Assembly: GCF_024521635.1 (NCBI RefSeq)
Contig: NW_026250403.1
Coordinates: 620,001-684,000, forward strand
Source of the DNA: Tricharina praecox
Taxonomy: Eukaryota
Length of the DNA stretch: 64,000 nucleotides
Reading direction: 5' to 3'
In this document: one piece after another, positions 1 through 12,460 of the stretch
Layout of the letters: every line of letters begins with the position of its first letter
Numbering within the stretch: the first letter of the stretch is position 1
Translations under genes and position numbers: made by a program
Notes under the pieces: generated by a model
Database searches by the model: none
Told to the model about the DNA's origin: nothing
What the model saw: only the letters and a program-made list of their open reading frames with translations

Positions 1-1927
1 TAGCAGCACTCCCAGTCCCTGGCATCGTCTCTGTAGCAGCACTCCAGTCCCTGACTCCCTGGCATTGTCAGACTGTTCAGGGATCGCAGCATTCTTTGTC
101 TGAAGTCTGAAGCGTCATTATTTGTTCAATGTTTACACGATCTCTTTTTTTCCCATTAAAAGCAGTCTCTCTTCTCATCTAGGTATCTCATCCAACAAAA
201 TCAAGTTAAGTCTTCTATCAAGTTTCAACAATTACCTGTAACTATTCCATTCTATTCTATGATATGCTATGTTGTCTTGCTACAATCAAGCCACGTGCCA
301 CCACGATCTATGTATCATACATAGTAGATGTACCGCAAGCCACCAACGCCTACCTAACAGTTAACAAAAACAAAAAACACCCAGCATCACGCCACGACCG
401 AATATCATCTACTCTACAGGACGGCGAAACAATTGTAACTATCATGCCGCCTCATCAAGACATCAGACATCAAACACCAGACCACCCCGCCCGCCCGCCA
501 CTCCCATCATCCTGCATATGACCGTTCAGCTCCTTTACTCTATATATACTAGTAATATGTAGCGTCGGTGTCTCCAGAGTCCCGCATCGTGGCCCGCCAA
601 CTAGGTAGTTAGTCCAGCAGTTAGGTATCTATATATGCATACCTTGGGTAGTAGTATGGGAAGCATGTAGTAGTCAGCCACCCCTCCGGAGTCCGGATCG
701 AGACTCAACCAATTCAACCAACACCAATACCAACACCGACGCTGTGGACCTGGGGTGTGGGGGAAGTTGGAATTGCAAGTCTGTAAGTCTGCAACAGCGG
801 GACATCAGCCCACTCCTCCAGGTCCAGCCTCCAGGTCAATCAAGAATCGAGAGACACATGCGTACTATACCTACCGTAGTATACGGGGTATAGTTACAGT
901 AACGGTTGCTCGGAAGTCAGAAGTACTGTAGGCAGAGTATACGTAGTAACTATCAGCATCCGAAGTTCGAACCGCTGTTTGAATGTTGAACTTTGGCGGA
1001 GTGCAACTGTGCAAGCCTCGCCGTTTTTTGTTCTGCTCTGTTCAGTTCTGTTCAGTTATATTTGAGCATACTCACCTGGTATAATTAAGTAGTATCCGAA
1101 CCCAGTCTAGGTATAACCATGAGACTATGAGACTATGACAGCGTAGACCGGTAGAGTACTTCCGTTTCCGGTCCCAGTGCCCCCCTCACAACCACATAAA
1201 ACAACCCCACATCCCCACCAAGTCGAGTGATCCCCCATGCCCCGCCCCCCGCCCCCCCTCCTCCCCTCCTTGTCCCCCCTCCTTCCCGCCCCTCTCCCGC
1301 CCCATCTTTCGCTTAAGCAGAGTACTCTAACCCATAGCAGATACGATAGTGTCGGACGTACGGTATCGTACCAACCGCATCTCGGGAACGACAGTTACTC
1401 ACGCATGATATCTGCCCCCAAATATCTGCCCCCAAGGGCCAAAAGTGCACTTCACATTTTCACTTTATCCCGGATCGCCTTGCCTCCTGCCTCCTGCCTC
1501 CTGCCTCTTGGCTGTTGCCTCTTCCTCTCCGCTTTCGCTTTCGCTGGCTGGTTGGCTGGTTGGCTGGCTGGTGGGCGATCGGATCGAGCCCGGCGCCTGC
1601 ACGCCGACGGATTCGAGCGGCTGGATGCATACGAGAGAGACTGTGTGTGTGCACTGTGTGCGCGGATGGCATCATTATGCAGTACTATACGTGGAGAATC
1701 TAGCGGCATTTTTATGCGCCGTGGATTTTCGACTACGGCGGATGAATAAATTCGCGTGGCCCTGGGCGTGGAAGAGTGAAAGAGTGAAAATATGACAGGA
1801 TCGGGGGCGTGCATAATACTTGTTACTACCGAAGTTATGATCACAGTTACGGACGAAGAAACAACCCAAGCAAAAAAAGAAAAGAAGGAACAAAAAAGTA
1901 GCCATGAAACCCCCCGTCCTTCCGTTC

Positions 1928-3434
1928 CTAAACACCCAACGCTGCACTGGCCAGCTCGACGCCCTTGATTCTGGCCGCAATCTTTTGGAATGCAACTAGA
2001 CGGGCCTCGTCGGGGCCCGCGTGCTTGGGCTTGATGTCGATGCTGAACGGACTGAAGCCGCAGTCGTCGGTGGCACCCAACCGCTCGACGGGAATGTATT
2101 TGGCAGCCTCGAGCAGGGCATCGCGGACCTCTTCTGGTGTTTCCACGCGGGGACTGAGCGGGTCGATCACGCCGATGAAGCAGACCTATCCACAGAAGAT
2201 TTAGCTCCGGTCGAGCTGTGTTTCTCCGTGCATACTAATGTACTGTGCGGGGGAAAGGAAATAATCTTACCTGTGCGACTCCATCGGCATCTGCTCGGGA
2301 ATGCTTGCCGCAGAGCTCGTAGATGCGGGGCTTGTCGGCTTCCGTCGAGAGCTGGATCAGGAAGTATCCGGCGTTCATCTGGAACATGCTTGGGAGGCTG
2401 CACGATGAGCCATCGGTCGAGCGTCTCCCGGAGGAAGGCAATGCACGGAAGCCACTCACAGCTCGCTGTAGTCGACATCCTTGCTGTGGACCGAGTCACA
2501 GTCTCCGCCAGGGCAGGTGTGGATGCCAATGTTCTTTCTCTCCGCGGCGCTGAAACGGTCGAGAACCTTGTTGTTGAGATCGATAAACGTCTGGAGCATG
2601 TGCCTTCCGGTCCATGGGTTTCGAGGATCATTCTTGCAAGCAAGGCGGCCTATATTCTTCAGCAAAAATCAGAAGGAAAAAAGGAGTGCTGCCAAACATA
2701 CCCTCCGTAAAGTCGATCGAGACACGGACAGCTCCGGCCTCGAAGCACTTTCGGATATCTTTCTCGCACTCGTCGACGAGATCCTTGACGAATTCCTCCT
2801 TGGAATAGCCCTTGATCTCTTCCTCGAGGGGGTAAAGAAGGTAGAGCATGGAAGGAGCAATGACGGCCGCCTTCTGAGGCTTGGTTGCAAACTTCTTGGA
2901 CTTGTTAAAGTAGTCTGCCGCGTACGTCTTGTATCTGAACGGGCCCTTGACGAGCCGGGGAAGCTGTCGGTGATGTCTGCACCCAGGTGTTAGCTAAACA
3001 CTCGAGCTACTCAGCAGTGGGAGTAGTAACCCGTCGTCAAAGATAGCACTGATACGATGTTAGTATGGTAAGGTGATATGCCGGAAGAGAATGATAATTC
3101 ACAAGTATTGCCCGTCCGGCAGGAGGCTGTCGGCAAGGCCGGTGCCGTTCAGAGTATCCGTGATCGGGTAGGTCGCAAAGGAACTGGCACGGTTCTCGCC
3201 GTCGGTCACACACCACTGGCCGGTGGCTTCCATACGCTCGATCGAGTCTTTGCAGGCCTCGTCTTGAGCCTTCTCAAACTCCTCTCTGGTGATCTAATAC
3301 ATCACGGTCAGTAATTGAGGGTTCACGACCAAAACCGTCTATTTGCATACCTTGCCTGCATCGTAGTTGGCGTACGCTTCCTGGAGTTTGGCAGGTCTCG
3401 GAAGAGATCCAACGGACTCTGTTGGGATAGGCAT
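1928..3434 (-). CDS. Cobalamin-independent methionine synthase II family protein (single MetE catalytic barrel), 7 exons
   Basis: Manual splicing gives MPIPTESVGSLPRP...VTDGENRASSFATYP...GQYF|AIFDDG|HHRQLPRL...VSIDFTEG|RLA...NIGIHTCPGGD...GVIDPLSPRVETPEEV...DDCGFSPF...LGV*. Exons ~3434-3351, 3293-3103, 3048-3031, 2976-2702, 2649-2460, 2397-2271, 2185-1928, all GT-AG. The GSLPRP, TDGE, HxC and DCGF motifs are typical of the MetE catalytic domain. Confidence 0.88.
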
Positions 3435-6400
3435 ATCGATTGGCGGTAGTGAAGAGTTGTGTGGTTATGTAGAAGCGGTAGAGAAAAAGGGAGGGAGAAA
3501 GTGGATGCTGGGGATGATCAAAACAAGAGGATGAGGGAGAATATATAGAATTCAGGGCAAGGGAGAAGATGGGCTCTAGAGATGTATGATTTGTGCATCG
3601 TATGTAGGGACAGGCACATCGATTGGCACATCGATTGGCTGCCGGTGCCATGCATTGATTGCGCTTGATATCACGAAGCTCGTTTCGATAGCTTGGGTAG
3701 TTACAGGATGAAATTCGGGTTCCACAACCAAGAGTGGGTGAATGTTCTCCATGGACTGCAGCTCTGCACCACCACATGTAACTACACCGAGCACCCTAAC
3801 CACAACCTCCTCCGGACAGCAAGACACCACGGACCAACCCACCGAGCGACCCATGACGGAAGCACGCGAATAGTCATGCCAGAACACCACCTCGCAGCAC
3901 TAGTTGGTCCGACCTACTAGTTGGTAGTTAACCTTTACCCCGCCACGAGCTTCAGGTGTGCTGTTCTTTCCCCTGATCTGATTGCCATGTTCCAATTTGC
4001 AGCTGATTCCTGGCGATCTTTCTTTCTTTCTCGGCGCATTCACCCATTGAGTCGCGTAACACGCCGACCGAAATCCGTGCGAAGGTAGTTTTGTTGAAGA
4101 CACAGCAGATCATTCTCGGCTGCTCTTGAGTCCTGACCAGTGGAGAGTTTCCACTCCTTCCGTCACCGGCCGCGAGGTTATCAACGACAACGCTCGCAAG
4201 CAGCCCGCCCCTCACGGACCAGAGCAGAGTGCGAATGTGCGGCCCCAACCCGCGCCAGTCTTATCGAAGGCCAGGCTTTGCTGGGTGATTCAGAGGACTG
4301 CAAGTGTTCAAAAGGGATTGTCTCGGCGATATCCTCCAACGTTGCGCTTCGGACTGCATCCGGGCCAAGGTGGTGCGGTGCGACCCACGCTACTATTCTA
4401 GCAGTATCTACATCCAAGCTACAAGTCGCGCCATTGGCGAATCTGGCAGCAGTCGATAACCCGCGAATATGCAGCTCTCGATGTGAACTCGCCAACCACG
4501 TCTATAAGTCGAGTCTCTCCTATCGTGCATGGGCTGTTGCACTGCAGTCGATATGTGCACTTTGGACACTGGGACAGCTGGGAATCGCACTTTGCCCCGA
4601 ATTCTATTTCGAACAACGGGGCGTAAAGCCAGCAGCAGCGGTGCAGCGGTTCAGCGCATGCAGGAGAGTTGGAGGAGGAGGGGAGGAGGAGGGGAGGGGA
4701 GGGGAGGGGAGGGGAGGGGAACCTGCAAAAACAGACACTGCTGTGCGATCGACGCTGGTGATGTGCCCACTACTCCACTCTAGCCTCCCGTAGGACGAAT
4801 CATGAATACTTACCAAGAGCTGCTCTACTCTTGAATCGTGAGACAAGAGTCTCTCCAGATGTCGGCTTGGCTCGAGTCGGTTACAACATACGAGTAGCGA
4901 CGCTCCCGGCTAGAAAAAGAAAAAAACGCACTGGTGACTGCATGCTCGATGGCGCGCAAACTGTCGCAAGGGTAACTACGGCTCGATTTCAAACTTCATA
5001 GCCCGACCTCGCAACGGCTAAGCTTCGCGGATGGAGAATTTGGGAATGTTGGAATGCGGGGGTTATGTTGCCCGGGAAACGCATTGGGAGCCATGCGGAA
5101 CTCAAGCCTACGCACGCTGATCCGCTCCCAGAACAGAGGAGAGGCAGGTACGGCGCACATGTTCGGGCTGCTGGATAGCCTGACATTCCGAACCACCACC
5201 ACCAAAGGAAAGTCTCCCGCACGATCGGCATAATATGCTCAGTACCGCCGCCCGCAACACCCCCGCTGTCGACAGCCCACTCGTTTCCAATGGCTCCAAT
5301 GACGCGGCAGTTGGATGGCATAGTCCATCCCGTATGCATCGGGCTTCAGCTGAAGGAAGGAATATGCCCCCACCGTACCTCACGCACGCATGCGTGAGTA
5401 GGTAGTTGGTGGTTGTCTCTACATATCAACAATCCAAAGAAGAAGAAGAAGAAACTTCAATGTAGCTCGACCCAACCAACAGAGACATCCCCCACCCCAC
5501 CCCACCAGTTCCGTATCCACTTCAAGTATGTAGCGTATGATATTCCAACAGCTATGCCGTCCAGGTGGATATGTATCCCGCGAATCATGCGGATATCCCG
5601 GACCTACGGGATCGCAATTGGCCACCCACATACCTCCTCTAGTCTCTAGATGATGGAAGCCACCCGTCTCCCACGATGCTGCTGCACCCCAGTCAAGCAG
5701 CTGACAGCCACCATGGACTCCCGGAGACGGCAGATAACCGAAGCCTACGTAGGCTCCACCAGCCAATCTTCATTGGCGACGTAAATACAATTCCAACTTG
5801 ACGGTACCTACCGGACTACCTACTCCGCAGCGCCTCCAGCCCAGCCGTGGGGCAACTACCTATGTCGATGTCGATGTTTCCGCCAACTTGCATCCAGATC
5901 CGTCCGGTGTCCGTCGCCAACCTCAGGAGTCTGCGTCCGAGTCTGCCTTGCTCGCTTCCCCCCCTCCCCCAACTCCAAGCCGATATAGACGCTCTGATCG
6001 ATGCCATGCCCCGACGACAACACGCATGTATGTATGCAGTGTCGGCTGGCAGTGACTTCCGTCCGTCAAAAAGCAAAGCAAAGAAAAGCAAAGACAAGAA
6101 AAGAAAAGGAAAGAAAAGAAAAGAAAAGAAACGTGTGTGCACTGTGGAATCGGGAAGGAGGATAGCCGGAGAACGGCGATGTGCATGGAGGGCTGAGCCT
6201 CGCTGAGGGTCCGGGCGAAAGACGTGTGGTCTAGATGTATCATGTATGTACACATGTACACATGTATGTAGAGTGTGTGGAGTATGTATTCTTTCACCAG
6301 ACAAAAAGCAATACGTATAGTTAGGCAGTTAGCTGCTGGTTCCGGATGTACACTCGGACGCAAACGCATATCCGGTCCAGAATGTCGAGTGATGGTGGGT

Positions 6401-7250
6401 GAGTATTCGGTACAAACGGTACTATCATACGTACTAATACTATACATACGTCTCGCTCGCTCACCTCTAGGATGCATACATGGCTGCACATAATACGCTG
6501 GACTACCTTACGGGATCTCGACATGTGAGCGAGATGTCTGGGTATTGGCCCCATCTAGGTAGTCACCAAGGTAAGATACCTACCTAGAGTACCGGAGACG
6601 GTAGCGAGAAGCCTGTGGTAGGTCTAACAACGATGGGTGGCAATGAGATAGTTACGGACGGACGGATACCATTGATAAGTGTAGAATAGCCCCGGCTAAA
6701 CTTCAAACTGTTGCTAGCCACGGACATCGAAAAGTATGCCTTGCGTGGCAGTGGCAGTGGCAGTGGCAGTGAGACATACGATGTCTCGCAAGAGTGGCGC
6801 CGGGGTAGGTAGGGGGGGTAGGTAGACTAGGTACCTAGGTATCTACGAGATTGAATAAGTACATGTGTCATGAAAATCGGGGCTCGGTATCCCGAGGTGA
6901 TGCGGGCGGTGGGCCTTTCGTTAAGGCTGCGTCCGTTCATCATCGGGCAAAATTCGGCGCAGCTCGGCGCGAGACTCTGTGGGCGAGTGCATCGCTATGA
7001 CCGCGAATAGATACCCAGTGCAGTGGTTCTGCTCTCCCCCCGCTGGACGTTCTTTGCTGTAGGTGCTCCGACGGCGGTACCATCATGGGATCTCAAACTA
7101 AAATTCTGATCAAGACACAAGCAGCAATGACCCAATCCCCCAACTACTGTAATGTACATATGGTCCTCCTCCTCTTTCCCCAAATAACAAGAACAAAAAC
7201 GCCCCCATTTTTCCATCGCCCGGTATCGTGACTATCGCCATACCGTCGTA

Positions 7251-8499
7251 TCATTCAAGTCTTCTCTTCTTCCATGGACCCGCACAGAACGCGCGGGATC
7301 CCACCGGCAGGATCCACCTCCACCACCACGTCGCCGTCGGTCGTCGTTCCGGACAGTCTGCCGTTCTGTCCGGCAGGTTCTTTGTTGCGTTAGTCAGTAC
7401 CAAATCGGTCATCATCAAACGATCCGAGCACTTACCAGAGGTAGCATTCCTCACGGTCACCACAGTCTCCTCCGGATCCCTATCCTGCCCCGGATTCGCC
7501 TCCTCATAACCCAGCTTCTTAACGAACTTATAGAAGCCGACAGCTGCAAGTGCACCCAGGGCAGGGCCAACCCAATATATCCAATGTTCCTTTGGGAAGC
7601 TGCGGGCGGCCACAGCGGGACCAAAGGATCTGGCAGGATTGAGCGAGCCTCCGGTATAATACACGCCTGCCAATTCAGCAACGAACAGTGCGAGTCCTAT
7701 ACCAATCGGTGCCAGGAACGTGGCTTTGTGCTTTTCCGCCGCCAGCATGAAGATGCAAAAGACCAGCTCGAACGTCAGGAACGCCTCGATGAAGACGCCC
7801 TGCGCAAGTGTCGTGCCCACTCCCAGACTTGTTGACACCGCCAGCGGCGTCGGGAACAGTCCGTTGACCGCCACGGCGGAAACTATGCTCGCGACTATTT
7901 GAGCTAGGAAGATAACCGCCGCCCGAGTGCCGCTCAAGGCACCGATCAGGAGCAGCCCCAATGTTACCACCGGGTTGAAGAGGCCCCCCGAGATCCGGAA
8001 AAAGATCCATACGTTGATGCATAGCGAGAAGCCGAACGAGAGCGCAATGTACATCAGCTGTTCGGGATCCGTGCGGGTCGTGTCGCTCTGGGGAGGGCTC
8101 GGGATATTGGCCACGGAGGTTCCGGCTGGGATGCGGTCAGTATTGCGCGATATGGCTCCGAGATGCACATTCTCTCTTGCGGCCGATGAATGGTGACTTA
8201 CCGAATGCCATGAAGAGGAAGAAAAACGTTCCTGGGAATGTGTGTTAACTGACAGCTCCACGGTTGCAGGCGTGAATCATTGGAACCAACCGACAAACTC
8301 TCCAGCCGCCGCAACAAGATCTGAGAAAACAGTTCAGTATTGTCCGAGTACATAGCAGATACAGCACCCAGCGATCTCGGAACCTACGATTCTTGAAGCC
8401 GTTGCCAGGGAGATGGCCATGATTGTCATGGAAGGTCCCGCGCTGTTGTTCGGATCCGCTGCTCTTGGCCAGCGGAAGTAGCATCTTGTGGTTCTTCAT
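7251..8499 (-). CDS. Aquaporin (MIP family, orthodox fungal type)
   Basis: ATG at 8499. Exons 8499-8388, 8320-8291, 8231-8202, then the main exon from ~8125 give NHLVAAAGEFVGTFFFLFMAF...RISGGLFNPVVT...TGGSLNPARSFGP...HWIYWVGP. A last intron starts at ~7436; the acceptor and stop (~7233 or 7251) are uncertain. Confidence 0.93.
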
Positions 8500-9333
8500 G
8501 ATGTCTGCGTCGATGATGTCGTCTGATGGTGATGTTGGAGAGCATCCCAGAGCGAGTCCGAAGTCTTTAAATCATTCCAACGTCGGAGCTCGCTGCTCTG
8601 AAGCACGTAAAGCGACAACAATCAAGGTACATACGACACGGCTGGAAGTGAAGAATCTCTCCATGACGAAATGCGTGCCAATGCATGGTGGAGGATAGTT
8701 CCACTGTCCGTCGACTCCGCTTAGGTGAGACATCCACGGTATTTAAACCACCACTCACACCGGCAGCGTATCCCCCATGCGTCAACACTCACCCCCTCAC
8801 TCACTCGAACGTGACGTCAGTAGCTCCGGATAAGTATATCTGTAGGGCTACCTCGCTGCCGATCGTGAACCGGGCATCCGACGCCTGCCACGATGGCAAT
8901 CGGACGAATACTGCGATTGTAGAGTAGTGTACCTCTTCTCCAGGTGCCGGTTCGGTCCATGGGTTTCGGCACAAGCGAATAACTAGCTTGGCCGTCCGGA
9001 TCGACGTGGCTTGCAGTGTGCAGATCGGGATCTACTAGACGAGCGGAGAAAGTACGTGTCGGCTGCGAGCCTGTTGAGGAATCTATCTCCTATTGGTACC
9101 ATACAATAGGAATTGATGTGATACTTCTTCGCAACTTGAATCCAACATAAAACTCTCAGAATTCTGCATACTGTCTCGGGTTTGCCCGTAGTGGGGGTTT
9201 ATGTGCTGAGTGCTCAGCCTGTCGGCCTGTCGCTGGTTCTCATACCGAAATCGTGCTAAGCAGCCGCTTTCGAAGACCTCATCACCTCCAAGCATAAAAA
9301 AAACTCAATGACACAGTAACTAAACACCGATTG

Positions 9334-9364
9334 ACCCTCTACAATTTCCCCAATTGTAGAGGGT
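9334..9364. repeat. Perfect 13-bp inverted repeat with a 5-nt loop
   Basis: ACCCTCTACAATT-TCCCC-AATTGTAGAGGGT read directly from the sequence. Confidence 0.9.
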
Positions 9365-9699
9365 GACTAAAATGGTTTCAGCAACCGGCCCACAGGCGGT
9401 GTTTTGGTGTTTTGGTGTGTTGACAGGCGTCCTGATACTCCGGCAGACGGACGCGCGGAGTCGACATGCGCTTTCGGCGGAGATCGAAAGCTCTCCACTG
9501 CACAGTCGTACCGATAAGAAGCCTCCTCCGGATTGATTTAGTCATTCTGTTTCATCGCCGTGTATCCAACCTATCTAGATCGGGGCACGCACAACTCCGG
9601 GTATCCTGTCTGCAGTAGTTACCGGATGATCACCACGAGGGGAATGGCCGAAGCACGCCAACAAGTATGTAGGTATGGACGGAGAACAATGCTACTGAT

Positions 9700-10142
9700 G
9701 TTGGCATCTTTAACAAGAAGTATGTATTATACCTAGCTAGAGACGAGATCGTGGTACGAGATGCGGTAGCTGAATGGCTGATATGAAGCAATGAGGGCGG
9801 AGAACAATCCGGATCGCACCCCAAGCAAGAGCGGAGAATTGTACGGTTTTGAGGTTCTATCAACCGAAGTTGGGCCAGCATATGAAACCGAGTTGACCAG
9901 ACGATCAGTGCTGGTGGTGCTGCAAAGCCACCCAAACTCGGAACATCTCTTCAATCGCTGCATTGGAGGGCGAAGCTGAAGACGCTGGGGCACGATTTCG
10001 AGCCGGAAGGCGGACGGACCATATTAAGGAGGCGGTCAGTGAGCTGTCAGAAGTGGAGGAGGACCAGGGGAGGGCGGGCCGATCCGAGGAGACGGAGCGG
10101 GTGGAGCGGATGGAGGAGTCGGCGTTGGTGGGGAGGGAGTAA
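9700..10142 (+). mobile_element. Decayed non-LTR retrotransposon (LINE) 3' relic, ORF2 C-terminal zinc-knuckle region
   Basis: From 9849 it translates LRFYQPKLGQHMKPS*PDDQCWWCCKATQTR, then a 1-nt frameshift to EHLFNRC, followed by an acidic tail ending in TAA at ~10142. This fits the RFYQLKxG...CWWC...QTREHLFxxC signature of fungal LINE ORF2 ends. Boundaries are approximate. Confidence 0.75.
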
Positions 10143-10339
10143 AGAGTAGCTGGGCCGACTTCCTTAATCCTGTCATTATCACGCAATCTCTTCGGTGTTC
10201 TATACATTGTTCTGGTGTCTAGGCGGAGAGCGGGGGAAATGGGTTGTTGCATTGAGCCAGTCAACAAGACTGTAGACAGGACACCTGAATAGTGCGCACC
10301 GCCGTGGTCTGAATATGCTGCACTGGAACAACACATAAG

Positions 10340-10870
10340 CAAAAAAAAACATCCTGTCTACGGTCCAGATAACCAGCTCGATGCACCGATCCGCCTCCCC
10401 GCCCTTCGCCTGGGCAACTGAGACATACACCTCTCGTCCGCGAAGAGACTGCTGATCTTGGTGCGATTTCGCAATCTGGTCTTGTCGATCTCGCGCTCGA
10501 TCTTCTGCCACAGCACCTTACGCATCGATACCAAGGCATCATAACGCCTGAAGGGGTGTTCCCGGGTTTGGCCGCGCCGTCTCGCAGCCAGAACGGGGTC
10601 GTCTGGTAGGTTAATCGTCTATTCCAGGTAGTGGCGAGCGAGGGCGTGTCCGGATTCCGGAATCGAGCCGGTATGTCATGTAGAACTGGGTCGTCGTCGT
10701 CGTCGTCGTGCGCTTGTCCGCATTTTTCTAGAATCGGTGATTCGGTTCTGGATTTGCCTTCCTTCGGGAGGACATATCCGCCAGTGAGTTAGTGTCGTTC
10801 GCACCAAGATCGCAAGATCTACTACAGCCTCTAACCACTTTTTCTAAAGATATTCCACGTCGTTTAATGC
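10340..10870 (-). mobile_element. Second decayed LINE 3' relic, opposite orientation
   Basis: The minus strand reads KKWLEA...ADKRTTTTTTQFY...SGHALARHYLE*TINLPDD...QTREHPFRR...RKVLWQKIE...KISSLFADERC (core 10660-10415), with internal stops. It is the same LINE C-terminal signature as the neighbouring relic. Confidence 0.75.
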
Positions 10871-12460
10871 GGTGCCCCGCCGAGGCTGGGAGGGCATTTG
10901 TAGCCTTCTGTACTCTTCGAACCCGCTTCAGATAGGTATATATTTTGTTTCTTCATACTGCGTCAACCTGCTCCGGATCGAGCGCTCTAGTTAGCTGTCC
11001 GTTTCGGCTCCACGGTCGGGTCAATCACGCCGGTTTCTTTACGGGAGCTAGTGGAAACTGTACCTACAGTTGATTATGGTATCTTACAACGTTGATTACC
11101 ACGTTTTGTGAGTGTATAAAGGTTCTGAGGTTATTCTGGAGGAGGAGGGGCTAGCTGAAAAAGAGCAGACAATGTATTCTACCATCAACGAGGTGGGCAC
11201 TTGAAACTCATAAGTGACAGCATGGCTAGACACCGACTCCTTCAGCAGTGCTATGGGTAGCAGTCCCTGAATTCCTTGACAGTCAATCCGCCGGAGGGTA
11301 CTGAGGCCGTAAGACTATTAGTGAGCATGGTTTTCGTGGGTTCAGTTACAACCTTTCGCTGCGTGGACTTTAACTGATGGCATTTTGGTGTTCAGTGGTC
11401 CCGTACACGCTGTCGACACTGTAATCGACTGGCAGCGGACGATTCCACTTGGGCGATGAGGCCTCTTTCCCAAGAATATCCATCACACCGCTAGTTTCTG
11501 CAACTTACCCATCGGTCACGACCGGTAGGCGCCACGGACGAGGACAATGAGGAGACTTCGTCATCCGCCAGCAAGTCCCTTTGACCGGCGCCATCGGTGT
11601 TAGCTTGCATGTAGCTGCTGAACAAGCTTTTCATATGGGTTCTCGTCCGTTTGCCATATATACTGCCCGAGACCTCATTCCGGTGGTTTCTTCAAGCCCT
11701 TCGCGGTTACACTTGTTCGAACCCGTCTACCGCAACAGATCCACCACTAAGGGAGCACTAGGGTGGTGGAATTAAGGTTGAGAAAAGCCTAAAAGGAAGC
11801 GCGGAGCACGGGCTATCATTCTGTTGTCATTGCTTTGCTTTGTTCGTTTCCGCGTTCCTTCATTAAGTTACCGGCTACTTAAGAAAGTGAGTAAGTCCTG
11901 TGCTCAAGGTAAATAATACGCGGCAAATTTCAGTAGACCTCAAGGATCCAGCTTCGTCTCGAGTGATCCTAGGTGAACCGGAACAAAGAGCGGAGAGCGG
12001 AAAAACCTTTGTCCGTTCCACTGGATGTCGATACATACACAACCTTCTTTCGAAATGGATGAATCAAAGAAAGCACAGTTGCTACAAGCCACCAAAAAAA
12101 AACAGAGGGATCACTCGATAATTAGTGAGTATCCTTGCGCTTGTGGTTAAGATGTTGTGTGCAAGGGCGCGTTTTCACAAGCGAACATCATGGACACGGT
12201 TGCTTTAACGTTGCGGCGCGTTTGACCTGGCAACAAGGAAACCGGCCAAAGGACACCATTTTATTCTCCTCCTTCAGTCCCACCTCGCCAACCGCATTCG
12301 ATACAGACCCAACCCTCTCAACTGAGCGTGCGGAAAGCGTGTCTGTCTGTCACGACAACCTCACCCCACGCCCTCTCTGTCACTTTTGCTTCTTCACTCT
12401 GTCAACTGAAGGTTCCTCCACTGCCTCGCCGGCGTTCACAACCTCTAATACTCTTCCAAA

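Noticed and set aside
2021-2993. Long + strand ORFs over the MetE-like gene, and similar antisense ORFs over other genes
   Set aside because: They are antisense shadows of codon-biased real exons.
11690-11730. GTTCGAACCC resembling a tRNA T-loop
   Set aside because: There is no cloverleaf or A-box in the upstream sequence.
11100-11800. Possible further gene or TE remnant upstream of the DnaJ gene
   Set aside because: I found no consistent frame or recognisable motif by eye.
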